A stretch of 63,312 bases of DNA, the filler included, from Platydemus manokwari (lineage: Eukaryota), in assembly GCA_037951405.1 (NCBI GenBank). It is 6 parts of 6 records of this genome, joined end to end, with 100 filler letters (N's around TTAATTAATTAA, not from the genome) between each part and the next. Parts side by side here need not be neighbours in the genome. Positions count along the whole stretch, not along the records: positions 8,880 to 20,569 come from JBBMOY010522220.1; positions 20,670 to 32,000 come from JBBMOY010755537.1; 4 more parts are not named here. One strand, written 5' to 3'. The translations under genes were made by a program, and so were the position numbers. The notes under the pieces were generated by a model, which saw only the letters and a program-made list of their open reading frames with translations, ran no database searches and was not told where the DNA came from. Positions 12,450 through 26,010 of the stretch are shown piece after piece; the first letter of the stretch is position 1, and every line of letters begins with the position of its first letter.

Positions 12450-13860
12450 CGAACTGGGATGACCCAACATTGGAATATGTATTATCTTGGATAAAAGAAA
12501 CCAATCTCAAAATATCTCTTGAATAGTGTCATTTTTTGCAAAAAGAAATCAGATACTTAGGCCATATAATTAACGAAACCGATCCAAGTAAATTGAAAGT
12601 GTTTGCCAATGGGACTTAAGTGTGTGCAAGTATTTCTCGGTTTATGTAATTGTTATAGAATATTCGTAAAATGATATGTAAAGATGTCCGAAAATTCAGT
12701 CCAAAGGCAAATAATGATAATAAATTCATGTAGTCAGAACATACAAAAAATGTCTTCTATGAATTAAAAAAGCTTATTGACCAGTGTTATTACCCCAAGT
12801 TAAACATGAAAAATTTATTTTAGATACGCACGCCTCATAACGCAACTCACCAACTCTCAAATTCAAGATAGTGAAATAGGAGTCATTTATCATGATTCGA
12901 AATCATTGACGAAAATACAATGTAACTAGAGTTATTAGCAATATACACTTTTTGCTGATTCTTAAATACTACCTCGTCGAACACGGTTTAATGTCAAAAC
13001 AGTTCAAATAAGTCACAACACTGTATTTGGATAACAGAGTTGGACATTTTTGATACGGCATTTGAATATAGAAAAGGTAAGCCTCACAAAAATATAGATA
13101 TTTCAAGACTTCCACCATATGAGCAATGTAAAATTAATTAATTAAATAAACTAACGATTTCGATGAGTTTTGCCAAAATAAATATCCAAAATTTAAAATT
13201 ATTAAATTGAATAATCAACTAAATAAAATCGGATGGTGATAATATTATGAAAGAAATAAAGAATTTGGTAGGAAAAGCACATAGGAGGCTATACCTGTTG
13301 GAGAATAACAGATATATAATTATCGTACCGATACAGAAGCGGGTGGGAGTGTTTTGGAGGTATCATAAAATAGCAGGACACAAATAGAACGAACTTATTA
13401 TACTATTATGGTACATTATATTCTATTATTACTGGTCATTTAAGGAAATAGATACCAAACCATTAATAGAAAAAATTAGGTTATGTCAACATAACGAGAT
13501 AAGAAATAGGCGAATTAAAACACCATTTTAGAATATTTTAACTAATAAGTCATTTCAATCGTCAATAATGGTTCACTAAATATGACGAAAAAAGAATATA
13601 AATATATCATAGGAGTAATTGTTTATTTTTTAAATATGTATATTTAGTATCAATGACAACGACTGATGAAGAAACTGTATAAGAATCGATAGGGATAAAT
13701 TGGATATCAGAATTCGGAATCTCAGACCAAATCCACTCTGATATGGGTAGTAATTTTCGCTCGAGATATTTTTAGATATTTTGTAAAAATATTGGAAAAA
13801 ACAAAACAGTTACATCGCCCCACAAAGTGATTGATTCGTCAAACGAGCATCCATGTCAGC
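12450..13860 (+). pseudogene. Degenerate Ty3/gypsy pol (RT 3' part, RNase H, integrase)
   Basis: LEYVLSWIKETNLKISLE*CHFLQKEIRYLGHII; KFILDTHAS; FGISDQIHSDMGSNFRS; many stops and frameshifts. Confidence 0.85.
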
Positions 13861-14008
13861 AAAATCTGTGATACCGGCACTGATTGAGGAGATAACGATA
13901 GAAGATCCACTAGAAATAGACTAGTATATAGAAAATTTTCGACAAGATATTCAAAATGTTTTAGACATTGTTTGACTCAATACTGAGAAAAAAGCCAAAA
14001 ATGGTTAT

Positions 14009-14238
14009 TGTGAGAATATCAAATTGAATTCAATTTAATTAGTATAGAATTTAATTTATATTGAATTAAGTTTTGTATTGAATTTAATGTTGTATTGAAT
14101 TTATTTTAAATTGAATTTAATTTTATATTGAATTTAAATTTTTATTGAATTTAAATTTATATTTAATTTAATTAGAATTGAATGTCGAGTCTTTACAGTT
14201 CATTTTCGATGCTTTTTTTATAACAGTAGCGGCTTACA
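14009..14238 (+). mobile_element. Solo LTR of the TRIM family seen at 35.9-37.2 kb, with internal ~17-bp minisatellite expansion
   Basis: TGTGAG...GGCTTACA; flanks GTTAT/GTCAT (4/5 TSD); 3' 60 bp match the TRIM LTRs; repeated ATTGAATTTAATTTTAT units. Confidence 0.75.
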
Positions 14239-14399
14239 GTCATAACAAAAATAGATGGAATATAGAAGTTAAAATAGTTGATAGTTATGGAAAAAAGGAG
14301 GATTAAAAAGGATTAAATAGAAGATACACTGACTTTCAATGGTTAAAGAAATTTAAACAGTTTTTTTTAATCCAGTGAAACGTTGTTAATGTCGAGAAA

Positions 14400-14605
14400 T
14401 GGGAAGTTAGAGAACCCAGATTAGGAAGAAGGGACACGGTGGAGGTATCCAGCAAGAACAGCTAGTAATCCCAACCCCAGATATTCCTAAGAGGGGAATA
14501 ATATATTGTGAGGAAGATATATATATCATTAAAAGATGCTGTTTTAATAATATGTAATTTGAATAAAAACGTCCTATTTCATCTCATCTTATTTCATTAT
14601 ATAAC
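14400..14605 (+). mobile_element. 3' end of a gypsy element: integrase tail, PPT and LTR
   Basis: RWRYPARTASNPNPRYS* tail, purine tract AAGAGGGGA, then TATA- and AATAAA-containing segment ending ...TAACA. Confidence 0.45.
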
Positions 14606-15142
14606 ACTCGACACAGAAAACATTCTAGCCACAATAGAAATGACGCATGAAGAGAAATTAGTATACTACAGGGTATTACACAACCAGGACAGTATCCAAG
14701 ATCTGTGTTGAAGAAATAATATTCCGATACGTAGTTCTGTTGGGAACTAAATATAATCCATTTAACAAAATAATAATCCAGAAATCAGAATGTAATAATA
14801 TTAGGCAATAATATTAGACAATAATCACATATGTCATAACAAAAATAGCAAATAATTAATTTTTCATTTCTGAATTTCTAAAAGATAAAAAACCTCCCTA
14901 GATATAGAATAAATAACAGAAATAGTATTAAATAAATTTAGAAATAGAACAACGATTCAAAATAGAAAAGTGAGAAATTTTAAAGCAAAAATTGCAATAA
15001 AAAGGATTAAAAATAGAAGAAGAAACCAAAAAAACTAGGGTTATATAAAAAGGACGCAAAAATTAAAGGAGACACAAAAATACGAACTAAATTAAATCAC
15101 CGGAAACTATTTCTGAAAAATAAGTATTCCACAAAAATCATT

Positions 15143-15275
15143 ACGAGGATAATTACTATTCAACAAACTGTACAAGGATAATTGCTCTCAATTAAATCAT
15201 TGACAAATCAAACGAGGATAATTATTATTCAACAATCAATACAAGGATAATTTATCCCAATTAAATCATTGAAAA
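15143..15275. repeat. Tandem duplication, ~68-bp unit (ACGAGGATAATTA...ACAAGGATAATT...CAATTAAATCATTGA) x2
   Basis: Two adjacent near-identical units. Confidence 0.8.
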
Positions 15276-18200
15276 TCCTAAATCAGAGACGATTTGATCA
15301 CTGTAATTACTATTCAATGTAAACTTCACAACTATCAAAACAAATCAGGTTACGGTCTCAAGTAGGCCTAACCTCCAAAAATCTTTCAAACCCAGGGCTC
15401 TTACAGGAATACCCATAAGAGACCAAATAAAATTATACGCTCTATCAACATAGTCAGAAACTTCTCTTATTAGGCGCAAACTCATCCCGCTAGTTATTTG
15501 TCAAATCATAATATTATTCTGAAACTTATTATTATTAACGATCATTTTAGTAAATCGTATTCTATTTTATATTAAATGTGATTTGTAAGATATTGTACTC
15601 TATTTTATATCTCAATATATATTTGAAAACGAACTTGATTTTAGCCTTAAATAAAGAACTAATACCATAGTTATCAAACACTGCAACTTTAGAGTCAGGT
15701 GTTGCTGAAAATACAAGAAATTAAATATAGAACAAGCAAAAAGTTGGGATAAGACTATCCATTAAAATGACTAATAATAATTAATCTTAATTCACTCAAA
15801 ACTTAGAAACCCCAACAGTTCCAAAACAACAATTTACGGGTGACGTAATCAAATTCCCAAATAATCCTTTAGTAGAAGTTAATAACTATCTTCCAATAAC
15901 TAAATTAATACTTCTCCATATCATCCGCAATTTGACTATGCTAACATTTCAATGAAACACTATGTAACAGACTTCATCCTACATTAATACAACCTAAAAC
16001 GACTGCACATTTTATCATGACTATTCACATACAAGTATGTCGTACACGAAACCACAAGCAACATACTTTTCTATTTTATGTAATTGTGCCACTACCATAT
16101 GTCAGTTGAGTTGAAAATCTTATGGAAGAAAGATTAGTAGAAGTATGAAAAATAGTCAAATTTAAAGTTAAATATCGACAAAAACAAGACTTATGAAAAA
16201 ATCAAAATAATTATCAAATCCAAGTTGGTGATTACTAGTTATTAAACGCTAAGATACAGTGGAAGAGAAGCCAGTATATTCAGGCCGCTCTGCTTTGCAA
16301 CACACGTGAAAAAAAATGATAATATTAATACCTAACCTGCAGAACTATCAAAACTATTGAATGATAGTAATTATCTCGACATATAGACCAATCTCAGTGT
16401 AAGTCACTGCTATTTTTTAAACGACGCATTGAAAACGAAAAACGACAAAATTTACATATTTAACTACAACTATTTTAAAAAATTAATATCTTTTGATATT
16501 AATCTATAAAACCTTTTAAATTTTAATTTTAAAATCCTCACACACAGTATACAAAATAAATCACGTGAATACACATATATGAATACAGATGAAAGATTTG
16601 AAAGAATGATTTGAGTATGTCAATATTTGCTGTCTTACTGGAAAGGATCAGAGAAAAAGAACCAATGCAAATGCTAAAACAGGAGGATTTCAAGAAATAG
16701 CTCTTACCACATTAAATGAATACATATTATTTATGCAATTAAATATAACAAAAGAAGAAGCTTGAAACAATGTTCCATATTTAGCAGATTTTTTTGTAGA
16801 TACGCTAGACTTTATCATCGATAAAAACTTATAAGTAACTATATTCCCTATCTCTATTTTCAATTAAAATGGTCAATTACTAGCAAGTTTCCTCAAAACA
16901 TCAAGAAACTATGTCAAAAATTGGGATTGGAGTCGAAATTGCTGCAATCCTAGTTGAAGATCAAACACCCCTAATAGATCCTAAGAGTTTAAGGAGACTC
17001 AATCAATTAATTATAATCCAAATTAACGTAATCTAATGAGATTATAATTAATGAGCATAATACTGAAAATATCTTAACAATATTTGATATGAAAATAAAG
17101 GAATGTTGTGATTAACTATTTACAAGTAATAATCAAAATCCTGAAACATAATATACAAACAATCAGTGAAAAAACTTTTTAATATTGAATCAATAAACAA
17201 ATAAAATGTGACTTTAATGCTAAATATGCGATTCTAATAATTAGCTAACAATAAAGTACAAGACATAAACAGAGAGGAATAAAAATTAGATAAAATAAAT
17301 AAATAACAAAAACAATAGGATAAATAATAGCATTAAGATTTGGAAAAAGAAAAACTAGATTTTAAATTATTGAATTTCAAATAAACACAAAACTTTATTT
17401 TACTATAACGAATTATTTTTATTTTATTTTATCATTTTAAGGTCATCAAAGAAAAACTAGATTCCATGAACAAACTGACTCATTAGAAAGAGTGACATGG
17501 TAAAAGACCGTGTTGATACATGTCTCAGTTATATAAGTGGCTATACAATTTTATAAATAGTTAAAATTACGAAAGTAAAATAAAACTCACATTCAAGCAC
17601 AAAACTAACGAATATTTTTGTAAAATCACTCACTTATCATATTTTAGCACAGAATAGCCGATACAAAATTGTTTAATATTGTTATTAAGAATTTAGAGAA
17701 AAGATTTTCAGAAAATTCCCATTAATCACGACTTCGTTTTTTATTAATCATCTACAACAATCATAAGTAAATTTTTATTCATATTAAAATTCTTAGCTGT
17801 GTCAATATCTTTGTGATTTATTTAAAGAAATAAAGACTTCTTTTCAAACTCAGTACTTTCATTTGTTACAAGAGTTTTCCGCTACCTAGTTAGGAAACAT
17901 TTCAATCATTTACTTCTTTATTACCACAAAAATATTTGCATTATTGATGAGTGCATTTAAAATTTAATTATTATAATTATTGTTCAACAAATTCTTAATT
18001 TTCATCAATTAGATCTAATCAAGATATTATTCATACAAATTCTTATTGGACTACCCAGACGAAAGATTATTATTCAATATATTTTTCTGCGACAATTATT
18101 AATATAAAGAAACGTTTGTGCTGTTGGAATAAATTCTCAAATATTTTATCAAATCAATATTTAAACCCTTAATTTTATTTTTGTCATCTCGAGTGGAAAA

Positions 18201-20569
18201 TATATTTGCATGTGCTTGCGTGATCTCATTAAACCACATAAGTATTCATTGAACCAATTATTTTTCCATTGCTGTTTTTCAGTGAGTGTCTTACTTATGT
18301 TAGATTATTAACTGACAGCTGAAAATTATATTTTGATTCAAATTCAACTAGTCAATGTGTACAATTAAAATCATGAAACAAACAATAGATATTACTCAAA
18401 TTATAATTTAAAATACAGAATCACAAGTTCGACAGGTCAATAGGCACAATTAAAATCGTATCACAACACTCAAGTTGGGATCAGCAATCAAAAGTCAAAT
18501 ACAGAATAGAAAGTAACCAAAAGACTTGCTATCGGAAAAATCACATAAAAATCGAAGTACAAAATGAAAGTTACCGACTAAAAAAGACTGGCTGCTGCTC
18601 ATGTAATTTAACCTCTTTTATAGGCTTATTTTTCTTCGTTTTTTATTTGTTGAATTTGTTCATATATTAATGCTAGTAATTCTTCTTACATCTCTCATGC
18701 CATTGGTGAATATCGGTGTTGGTTACCAATTTCTGGTATCGATTACTGAATTCTAAATATGGATTGTTATATTTGAAGAACCTGATTGGCTATTGGCACA
18801 TGCTCTTGTTGAATAGCACATATTGTAGTCTTTCCAATGTATTGAATATTGTTCAATTCAATTGAATATATTTTTTGAATGTATTTTATTGCTTTACTTG
18901 TGTACCAAGAGGCAGCAGGGCTGGATATACTGGTACACCAAGAAAGAATTTTAGTGCTAGAATTAAGGTGCATTATCTTATTATAAACATATATTTTTTG
19001 TGGATATTATTTTAAAAGCAATGGTAACACTAATACCAGTTATTTGTTCATTATGACTCAAGGCAACCGGATAAAAATAGCGCAGGAACTCAGAGCTATT
19101 TAGTTATAGTTAACTAATTAACAATCGATCGATATTGAGAAATTCTACAAAATGTGAAAGTAATGTTTAAAGTTATTTTTGAACAATAATCCATTATATT
19201 ATAGCTTCACTTATTTGTTGAGTCCAACGAGCTAATTTGTCGCAAATATAATTTAGATACTAAAAAGATTAAATCCAAGAAATTAAAATTGCGTTATAAC
19301 CATAATTTAAGTTCCAAATTTATAAATTTCAAGCTAAAATAATCAGATATGTACATTTGTAAAATAATGAGATAGTCAGTTATATATAGAACTGTAAATA
19401 TCCTTGATAGTTAATCAGGATCTAATAAAATAACCCTAAGATTCGATAATTACAATAATTGAATTAATTTAAATCTCTTCCTCGTCGAAACGTTCTAACA
19501 ATTGTAAATTAATTATAACAATAGAAATTAAGTGAAAAAATTACAAAATAAATAATTAAATAAAACAATAAATTTAATAAAAATAGAATAAACACTTAAA
19601 ATCAAATCTATAATTTAATAAAAATGGTATTATATTATAATATTATATGATAATACTCAGCAAAAATTATTCAATAATAATAAACTAGATACCATTTATC
19701 ATCACAATTTTAATTTTTCAAAGTTAACTTAATAGAAGGAATAACTGAATGACATAAGCAGTGTTCATAATATTCGACAAAATACATTTTAACCTAGACC
19801 ATTCACCATCAAAGGACACAAGCAGTTTGGTTAATTGTCAATATTAAGACAAAATGAATAGACAGTAAAGAGCATTTTCAAGTCACACGCATTTCATAAT
19901 GAAAATTAGACACCTGAATAAATTATGAACTAAGTTTTAGTACGGAGCAAAAATTGTATGAATTCATAATTTAGCCCAACGAGATAATTTTACAATAAGA
20001 AAGGTTATAAATGATAGTTTGTTTTTGAAAAACTTTTAACACATCCTGGCAATAATTATGCAAAAAAACTAAATTATATTATAAAATAAACATTGTTAAC
20101 AATCGGTAACGTCAAATTAGGAAAGTACACAGCATTGAGAATGATGAAACAGGATTACAAGGTGAAAAATGTTCCTACATAGTAATATAAGCTGCACTTG
20201 TGAGGAATATTAGAATAGAAACATTTGCTTTAAACCTATTTTCATTGAATGGAAAACGTTTATTATTATATTTCGAAAAATGAATTGCTTCATTTAATTT
20301 GAAATATCAGCCTTCACAAATTTAATTTTCATCATTATATCAGTAGATTTTTTCTAATGTAATATCAAACTTCACTGGTTAGATTAGAAAAATTCAAAAA
20401 CTAATCTCATAATAAATTAAATTATTATATTATACATCCAGGATTATCGATTTAACTAGCTTATTTTTCATGCGATTATACACTAAATTATACTTGAGCA
20501 AAATACTTATCAATTAGTCTTATCAAAACTAATAATAATTTGTGCAGTTAACTAATATTCATAACCACA

Positions 20570-20669
20570 NNNNNNNNNNNNNNNNNNNNNNNNNNNNNNN
20601 NNNNNNNNNNNNNTTAATTAATTAANNNNNNNNNNNNNNNNNNNNNNNNNNNNNNNNNNNNNNNNNNNN
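20570..20669. other. Assembly spacer
   Basis: 44N-TTAATTAATTAA-44N. Confidence 0.99.
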
Positions 20670-21096
20670 TTATTTCGGATTTGACCCTTCAAAATATATA
20701 ATTAAATTAGAGCAATTGTGTTTTGTATCTCAATGTGAGCCAGACTGATAGATGGGACCTTGTCAGTTGGATGTTAGTCAGTTAAGAAGCTAACACTATG
20801 ATTATGAACATAAGTCACTACGTAGATAAATTGAGTTACGTTTTTAAAGGAACAACTCGAGTCAAACTAGTTTTTACCAATACTAAATAATCAATATAGC
20901 GGAGACCAATTACATTCTTAATTTATTAATAACAAAGAATCTTTATCTGATACTTATTGCTGGTTTGAGATGTCCTTAGTATTTCGAATGGAATTTATTA
21001 TTTCTAAATCGACGAGGTATTTTGTCAATATCCATTACAAATCAATCGATTATTTATTCCTTTATACACTACACCGTTTTAACTTCCTTTTCGTAG

Positions 21097-21329
21097 ACTT
21101 TGCTTTAGACGATGCAAATATTGCAAGAGAAAAATCGAAATTAGCAGAAATTGCTGCTACTTGGACCCGATTGAACTTATTGTTACACGATAAGTGGAAT
21201 GGCTCAATTGAATATTTTGATTGTTTTGCTGATATCGATCAGTGGCTCAGCCGGTTTGAGCAACCAACTCAGGTTTTAGTAGTTGGAAGTCTGCATCTTG
21301 TTGGATGTGCTTTGTTAGTATTATCATGA
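21097..21329 (+). CDS. FPGS: Last coding exon of folylpolyglutamate synthase
   Basis: Polypyrimidine tract + AG at 21096; C-terminus QVLVVGSLHLVGCALLVLS* matches the conserved FPGS end VLVTGSLHLVG. Confidence 0.82.
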
Positions 21330-24300
21330 CAAAGAGTTTTGCTAAAGTTTTCTATCCTAGTTTCTACTGTTACCAAGTAGTCTTTTGGAATTACATTATT
21401 GATGTTATTTATATTTGATCAATGATTTTGTGATACTTTTAGAATTTATAATGATATGTATAATTTGAAAAAAAAGATACGATTTTTCTTTCTACAATTT
21501 GACTTGATCGATTTTGTTGTTTAGTGTTTTGTATTGCATAAAAGCTCTTTTATAATTATTTTGATATTAATTTTTTCAATTTGTGTTTTAACTTATTTGT
21601 GTATAAAATTATTATTGGAGCCTATTATATTTTTTATTTATAATCTTATGAAACTTTCTCAACGGCAATTAAAATATTTTTGGAAGCACAATTCTAGTTA
21701 ATCTGCACTTATCATTTATTTTCGAGTGACGTATATAAGATAAGATATAATGTGAATTGCAAATTCCGATTTTGCCTAGAAATTTTAACTAAGCCAGGTT
21801 GAAATAATCTGTACTCGATATTAACTATAATCATTATATTATGGTTATATTAAAAATTATTTTTATGAGTTTACTTATCATTAATGGAAACAGCCTAAAA
21901 TTAAAGAAAAAAATTTACATATGATAATAAACTTCTGAAGAAATGATTGAATCAAAAATTGAATATCAAACACTTATCTATTGAAGATATTGCATTAAAC
22001 AACGGTTTCCTGTAATTAATATAGGTTGAGATTTGTCCCACTAATTTCCGACTCTAATTATAGAAGTGTTTGTCTAAATTATTAAAATAAATCTATAAGA
22101 TTGTTCGGACATGAAATATAATTCGGATCAAATGAAAAACCAATTATGTAACAAATATGTTACAACAATAAAAATAATTTTTGATTAATGTCTCAACCTC
22201 GGTATTTTAATTTCAATAAACAATTTTTATCAGAGACAGTTTTATGAATACTATGCGGAATAATATAAATGGCTATTACGACATGCAAATAATTGCTGTA
22301 AGAAGGAACCCTTCAATTTTTAAAAAATGACATTGTTATAATTATTTAGTTGTTCTCTACAATATGAATATTAATATAACTGATTCGATACCCATTCGAT
22401 TGATTGTTACTATTTAGTAGAATAAGTCATAATAGTCTGAGAGACTGCCGCTGACTGTCAAGCTTGTAAAGCAAATGTCTAAAATCATTGTCAGAATAAT
22501 TACTAAATAAGAATTCCTAAGATTATAATTGTAAGATAATAATTAAGACTAATTCAATACGGTCGTCAGCACACAACAGTAATAGGCAACATCAGGAAAT
22601 AATGCTGCATTCTTCAAAGAATATTTTTTTCACCACCTTCAGATCCATTCCACACACGTGCGAAATCAATAATATATAGTAAAGATATGATGCTAATGAA
22701 AATATTGCAAAATAATCTAAGAAAACAGGATGAGATAATAAAGGTTGCTATCCATTGTTGAATACTGAAAGTGCTCTTCGGGTTATGAATCAATCAAATA
22801 AAGTAAATATTAATAAATTTAGATTAGAAAATCTTAAAAAGTTTTAAAATGATTATATCCATTGTAATAAGTTAAAAAATAAAATTAAAATATTCATTTT
22901 AAAATCTGGTAGAATATTATATATATTATCACGATTATTTGCTGCTCTTTCTGGAATTGGACTTTTTCTGCAATTACTTTAATTACATTATCAACATTTG
23001 CAGACATAATATTTATCTACTGATCAATTATTTAAACAAATATAACATCTTTGTTTATTCAAGCACATTACTACTTTATATCATGATTGGTGAACTAGGT
23101 TATTAACAATATAGATATCGTTATAGGAAAGTCTTTTCATACTGGATTAAGTAGTAAGAATAAGAAAATTTATAGAGAAGTTTGTGAAGCTATTAAGCAT
23201 GCCATTGATATTCTTTATTTATTTCAAATAAAACTTTTAGAGGGTAAAAGTTTTAACCGATGAAGAAATTTCAAAAATTAAATGTACTATTAAAGATTAA
23301 AGTGGAAACATTTTAAAGAATGAAAATATAAATGAAATTAAAAATGAGTAAAAAATGCAACAAGAGTATGTTACAGAGTTAAAGATGAGTTGAAAAAAAT
23401 AAATACATAAATTTTAATATAACAAAGGACACAAATTTATATTTTATATGCAAGTTTTGCTTAAACCAATTAATGAATTTTATAACATGAAATATATGTT
23501 GGTAAAATTATAATACCAATAAAATTATCAATATCAAATCCATCGATCTCTAAAAATAATAAGTTAATTTATAAAATATTAATACGAAATAAGTTATCGC
23601 GCATTAACAGCGACAAATAAATTATCATCTGTCCCTGCGCATAAAATTCTGTAGCAGAATAAAATATATCACTCGATTAAATTTAATCGAGAGATATTTT
23701 CTCTACCTAATAAATTTATTCAGAGAGAATTTCTCTCACCAGTGAATCAATTCCATCGATAAAATAATAAATATTCACTGGCATTAAATTTAATCTCAGA
23801 CAATATCTGCAAGTGATTCACTGCCTTAATCAAGAACTCATAGAGACTGATTAAGTCAGTAGTGTTATCAAATAGGATTTAGCTTAGTAAAACAAATAAT
23901 TCAATAAGCCCCGAACGTTTTTGGAATATTGCTAGTTGCTAATTATTTCATTTTACCTGGGTAATATTTCAACTTTATGCGGGATATAATAATAGTTGCT
24001 AGCAACTATTCTGAGTTCATAAATTATTATTATTATTTAATATTTTCAAGATTTAATAATAGGTTTTCCAAAAGATATATTGATGAAAAATATAAAAATA
24101 CAGTAAATTACACCAATATGAAAATGACATTAATAAAAACTATGAAAAGATTGAATGATGCAAAATACACAATTTTCATAGTATATATTTTTTGTTGGGG
24201 TTATCATTTCTTATTATTTTGTGAGTTCGATACTGCCGGTTGAAACGCAATGTCTATTCGGTAGGTGCGTGCTCTTAAATATTATAAACAAAATAAATCA

Positions 24301-24599
24301 ATAACAAGAATATGACAATATAATTTATTTGCCTTTAACACAAATCTACAATAAAATATGTCAAATTTCCTTTACAATACAAAATATTTCGAATCCTATT
24401 CACACTAGATTACTCATAAATTCACAATCACACGTATTTTCTAATCAGTCAATATTTCAAGTTTACACAGTCCCATAGGTTTAAGAGAGTAAGCAAGGGA
24501 AAGCTCAGATACCGAACCTCCATTGTGTTGAGATGATAATTTTACTAAATGATAATTTTATATCAATAATATATTTATTCATATTATTTTTACAATGCG

Positions 24600-25280
24600 C
24601 TAAATCCTTCTTGCTATCAATTTCTAGATAATTTGAATGTCAATTTCTCTCTAAAACAATCCCCTTAATAGTTTCTAATCCCTGATTGTCTATAATTCCA
24701 ATCAATCCTTCAATAATAATTTCCAAGGATTAAATTTTATATTTTATATCATACCCGACTATAATCTTTCCATGCACATAATTATTTAATTTTTGTCTGC
24801 TCTTCTGAAGTTGAAGCAACTTAATCCACTTTTACTGACATTATAATGCTTGATTTCTGCTATGGGACAGCATTCAAGAATTATCTAGACACAATATCTC
24901 TTTAAACTAAATCATATTAGGTGTTGTTGAAGTCAGAAGCTAGATATACGACATAAAATTTTCTTCTTGTGTAATCATAGTCAGCGGTTTTATGCAGTAT
25001 AATTGCTTATTGTCAAGTAGAAATGGGCTTATAACTTAGCTATTTGTGGCGAACTTTTCTGATTTCCTGAACTCCAATTGCTAATGATTTGGTCAATTTG
25101 ATCTACCTTAATTACTACTGGCAAGCCCAACAAAACGTCAGACGTACCTGATCATAATTCATTCTGGTGTATTTATAACTTTCCAGGTATAGATGTCCAG
25201 ATGAGAATGACTATATTGATTTCTTCATTTTTCCGGTGGACATTAATAGTTATGTTACGAGTATGAATGATTATTCGATC
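24600..25280 (-). pseudogene. Highly degenerate gypsy RNase H/integrase remnant
   Basis: Minus strand has HKPL-like and downstream LQ..YDLV-like pieces; heavily broken. Confidence 0.4.
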
Positions 25281-26010
25281 ACATTCAAATTATGTATCTT
25301 TTCTCTTTGATTCTTCATAATAGATTGATTGACTATTTTATTGTTGATTATTTTATTTGTAATAATGATTGTTTAGGCTTTAATAATATGATAAAAGTTA
25401 AGTTTTAATCATAATATTTTATAATAAATTATTTATTAATTTTAAACACTCATTTTACTAGTTTTTTATATTTTGGATACTGGGTTTTGGAGTATAATTT
25501 AAAAGATTAAGACAATGTTCCGCAAGTCCATTTTTATCAAAATATGTTGTGCATTTTCTCCAATTTTTCTGCAAAATAACACCCTTTATGCGTTTTCAAG
25601 GATTTTCGTTGACTTGTATTTTTGGAAATAGATAACTAAGCTAAAGCTATAAATTATATTGTCAAACATAGAGCCTAATACGCAAACCCAATTTTACTAG
25701 ATGAAGTAGATAAGAATTTCAATATTTTTCAAAATATTTACTAATATTATTCGTATGTAATTCTAATAAGGATAGTGACATGGTGTTCTGCAACGAGTAT
25801 GAAAAGGATTGAGATATAATACCTAAAATATGATTGGGTTTTGATTGTCACTTCAAAATCTAATTTAAATAAATAAAGATTAAATGATTATCATCAACAT
25901 TTCAACGCAATGTTTTTCATCTGAAGCTATTTCTTATTAAATAATAAATTGAATAATTTATAACAAACTTATGACAAATACAAAATGAAAAATCTATTTA
26001 GAAAAAAATA

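Noticed and set aside
18640-18973. Minus-strand ORF as an upstream exon of the EGF gene
   Set aside because: No EGF cysteine pattern and in-frame stops; more like decayed gag, but too weak to call.
20970-21096. N-terminal part of the 119-aa ORF as FPGS coding sequence
   Set aside because: Probably intron read-through; there is a strong acceptor at 21096. A small exon at 20980-21016 is possible but unsupported.
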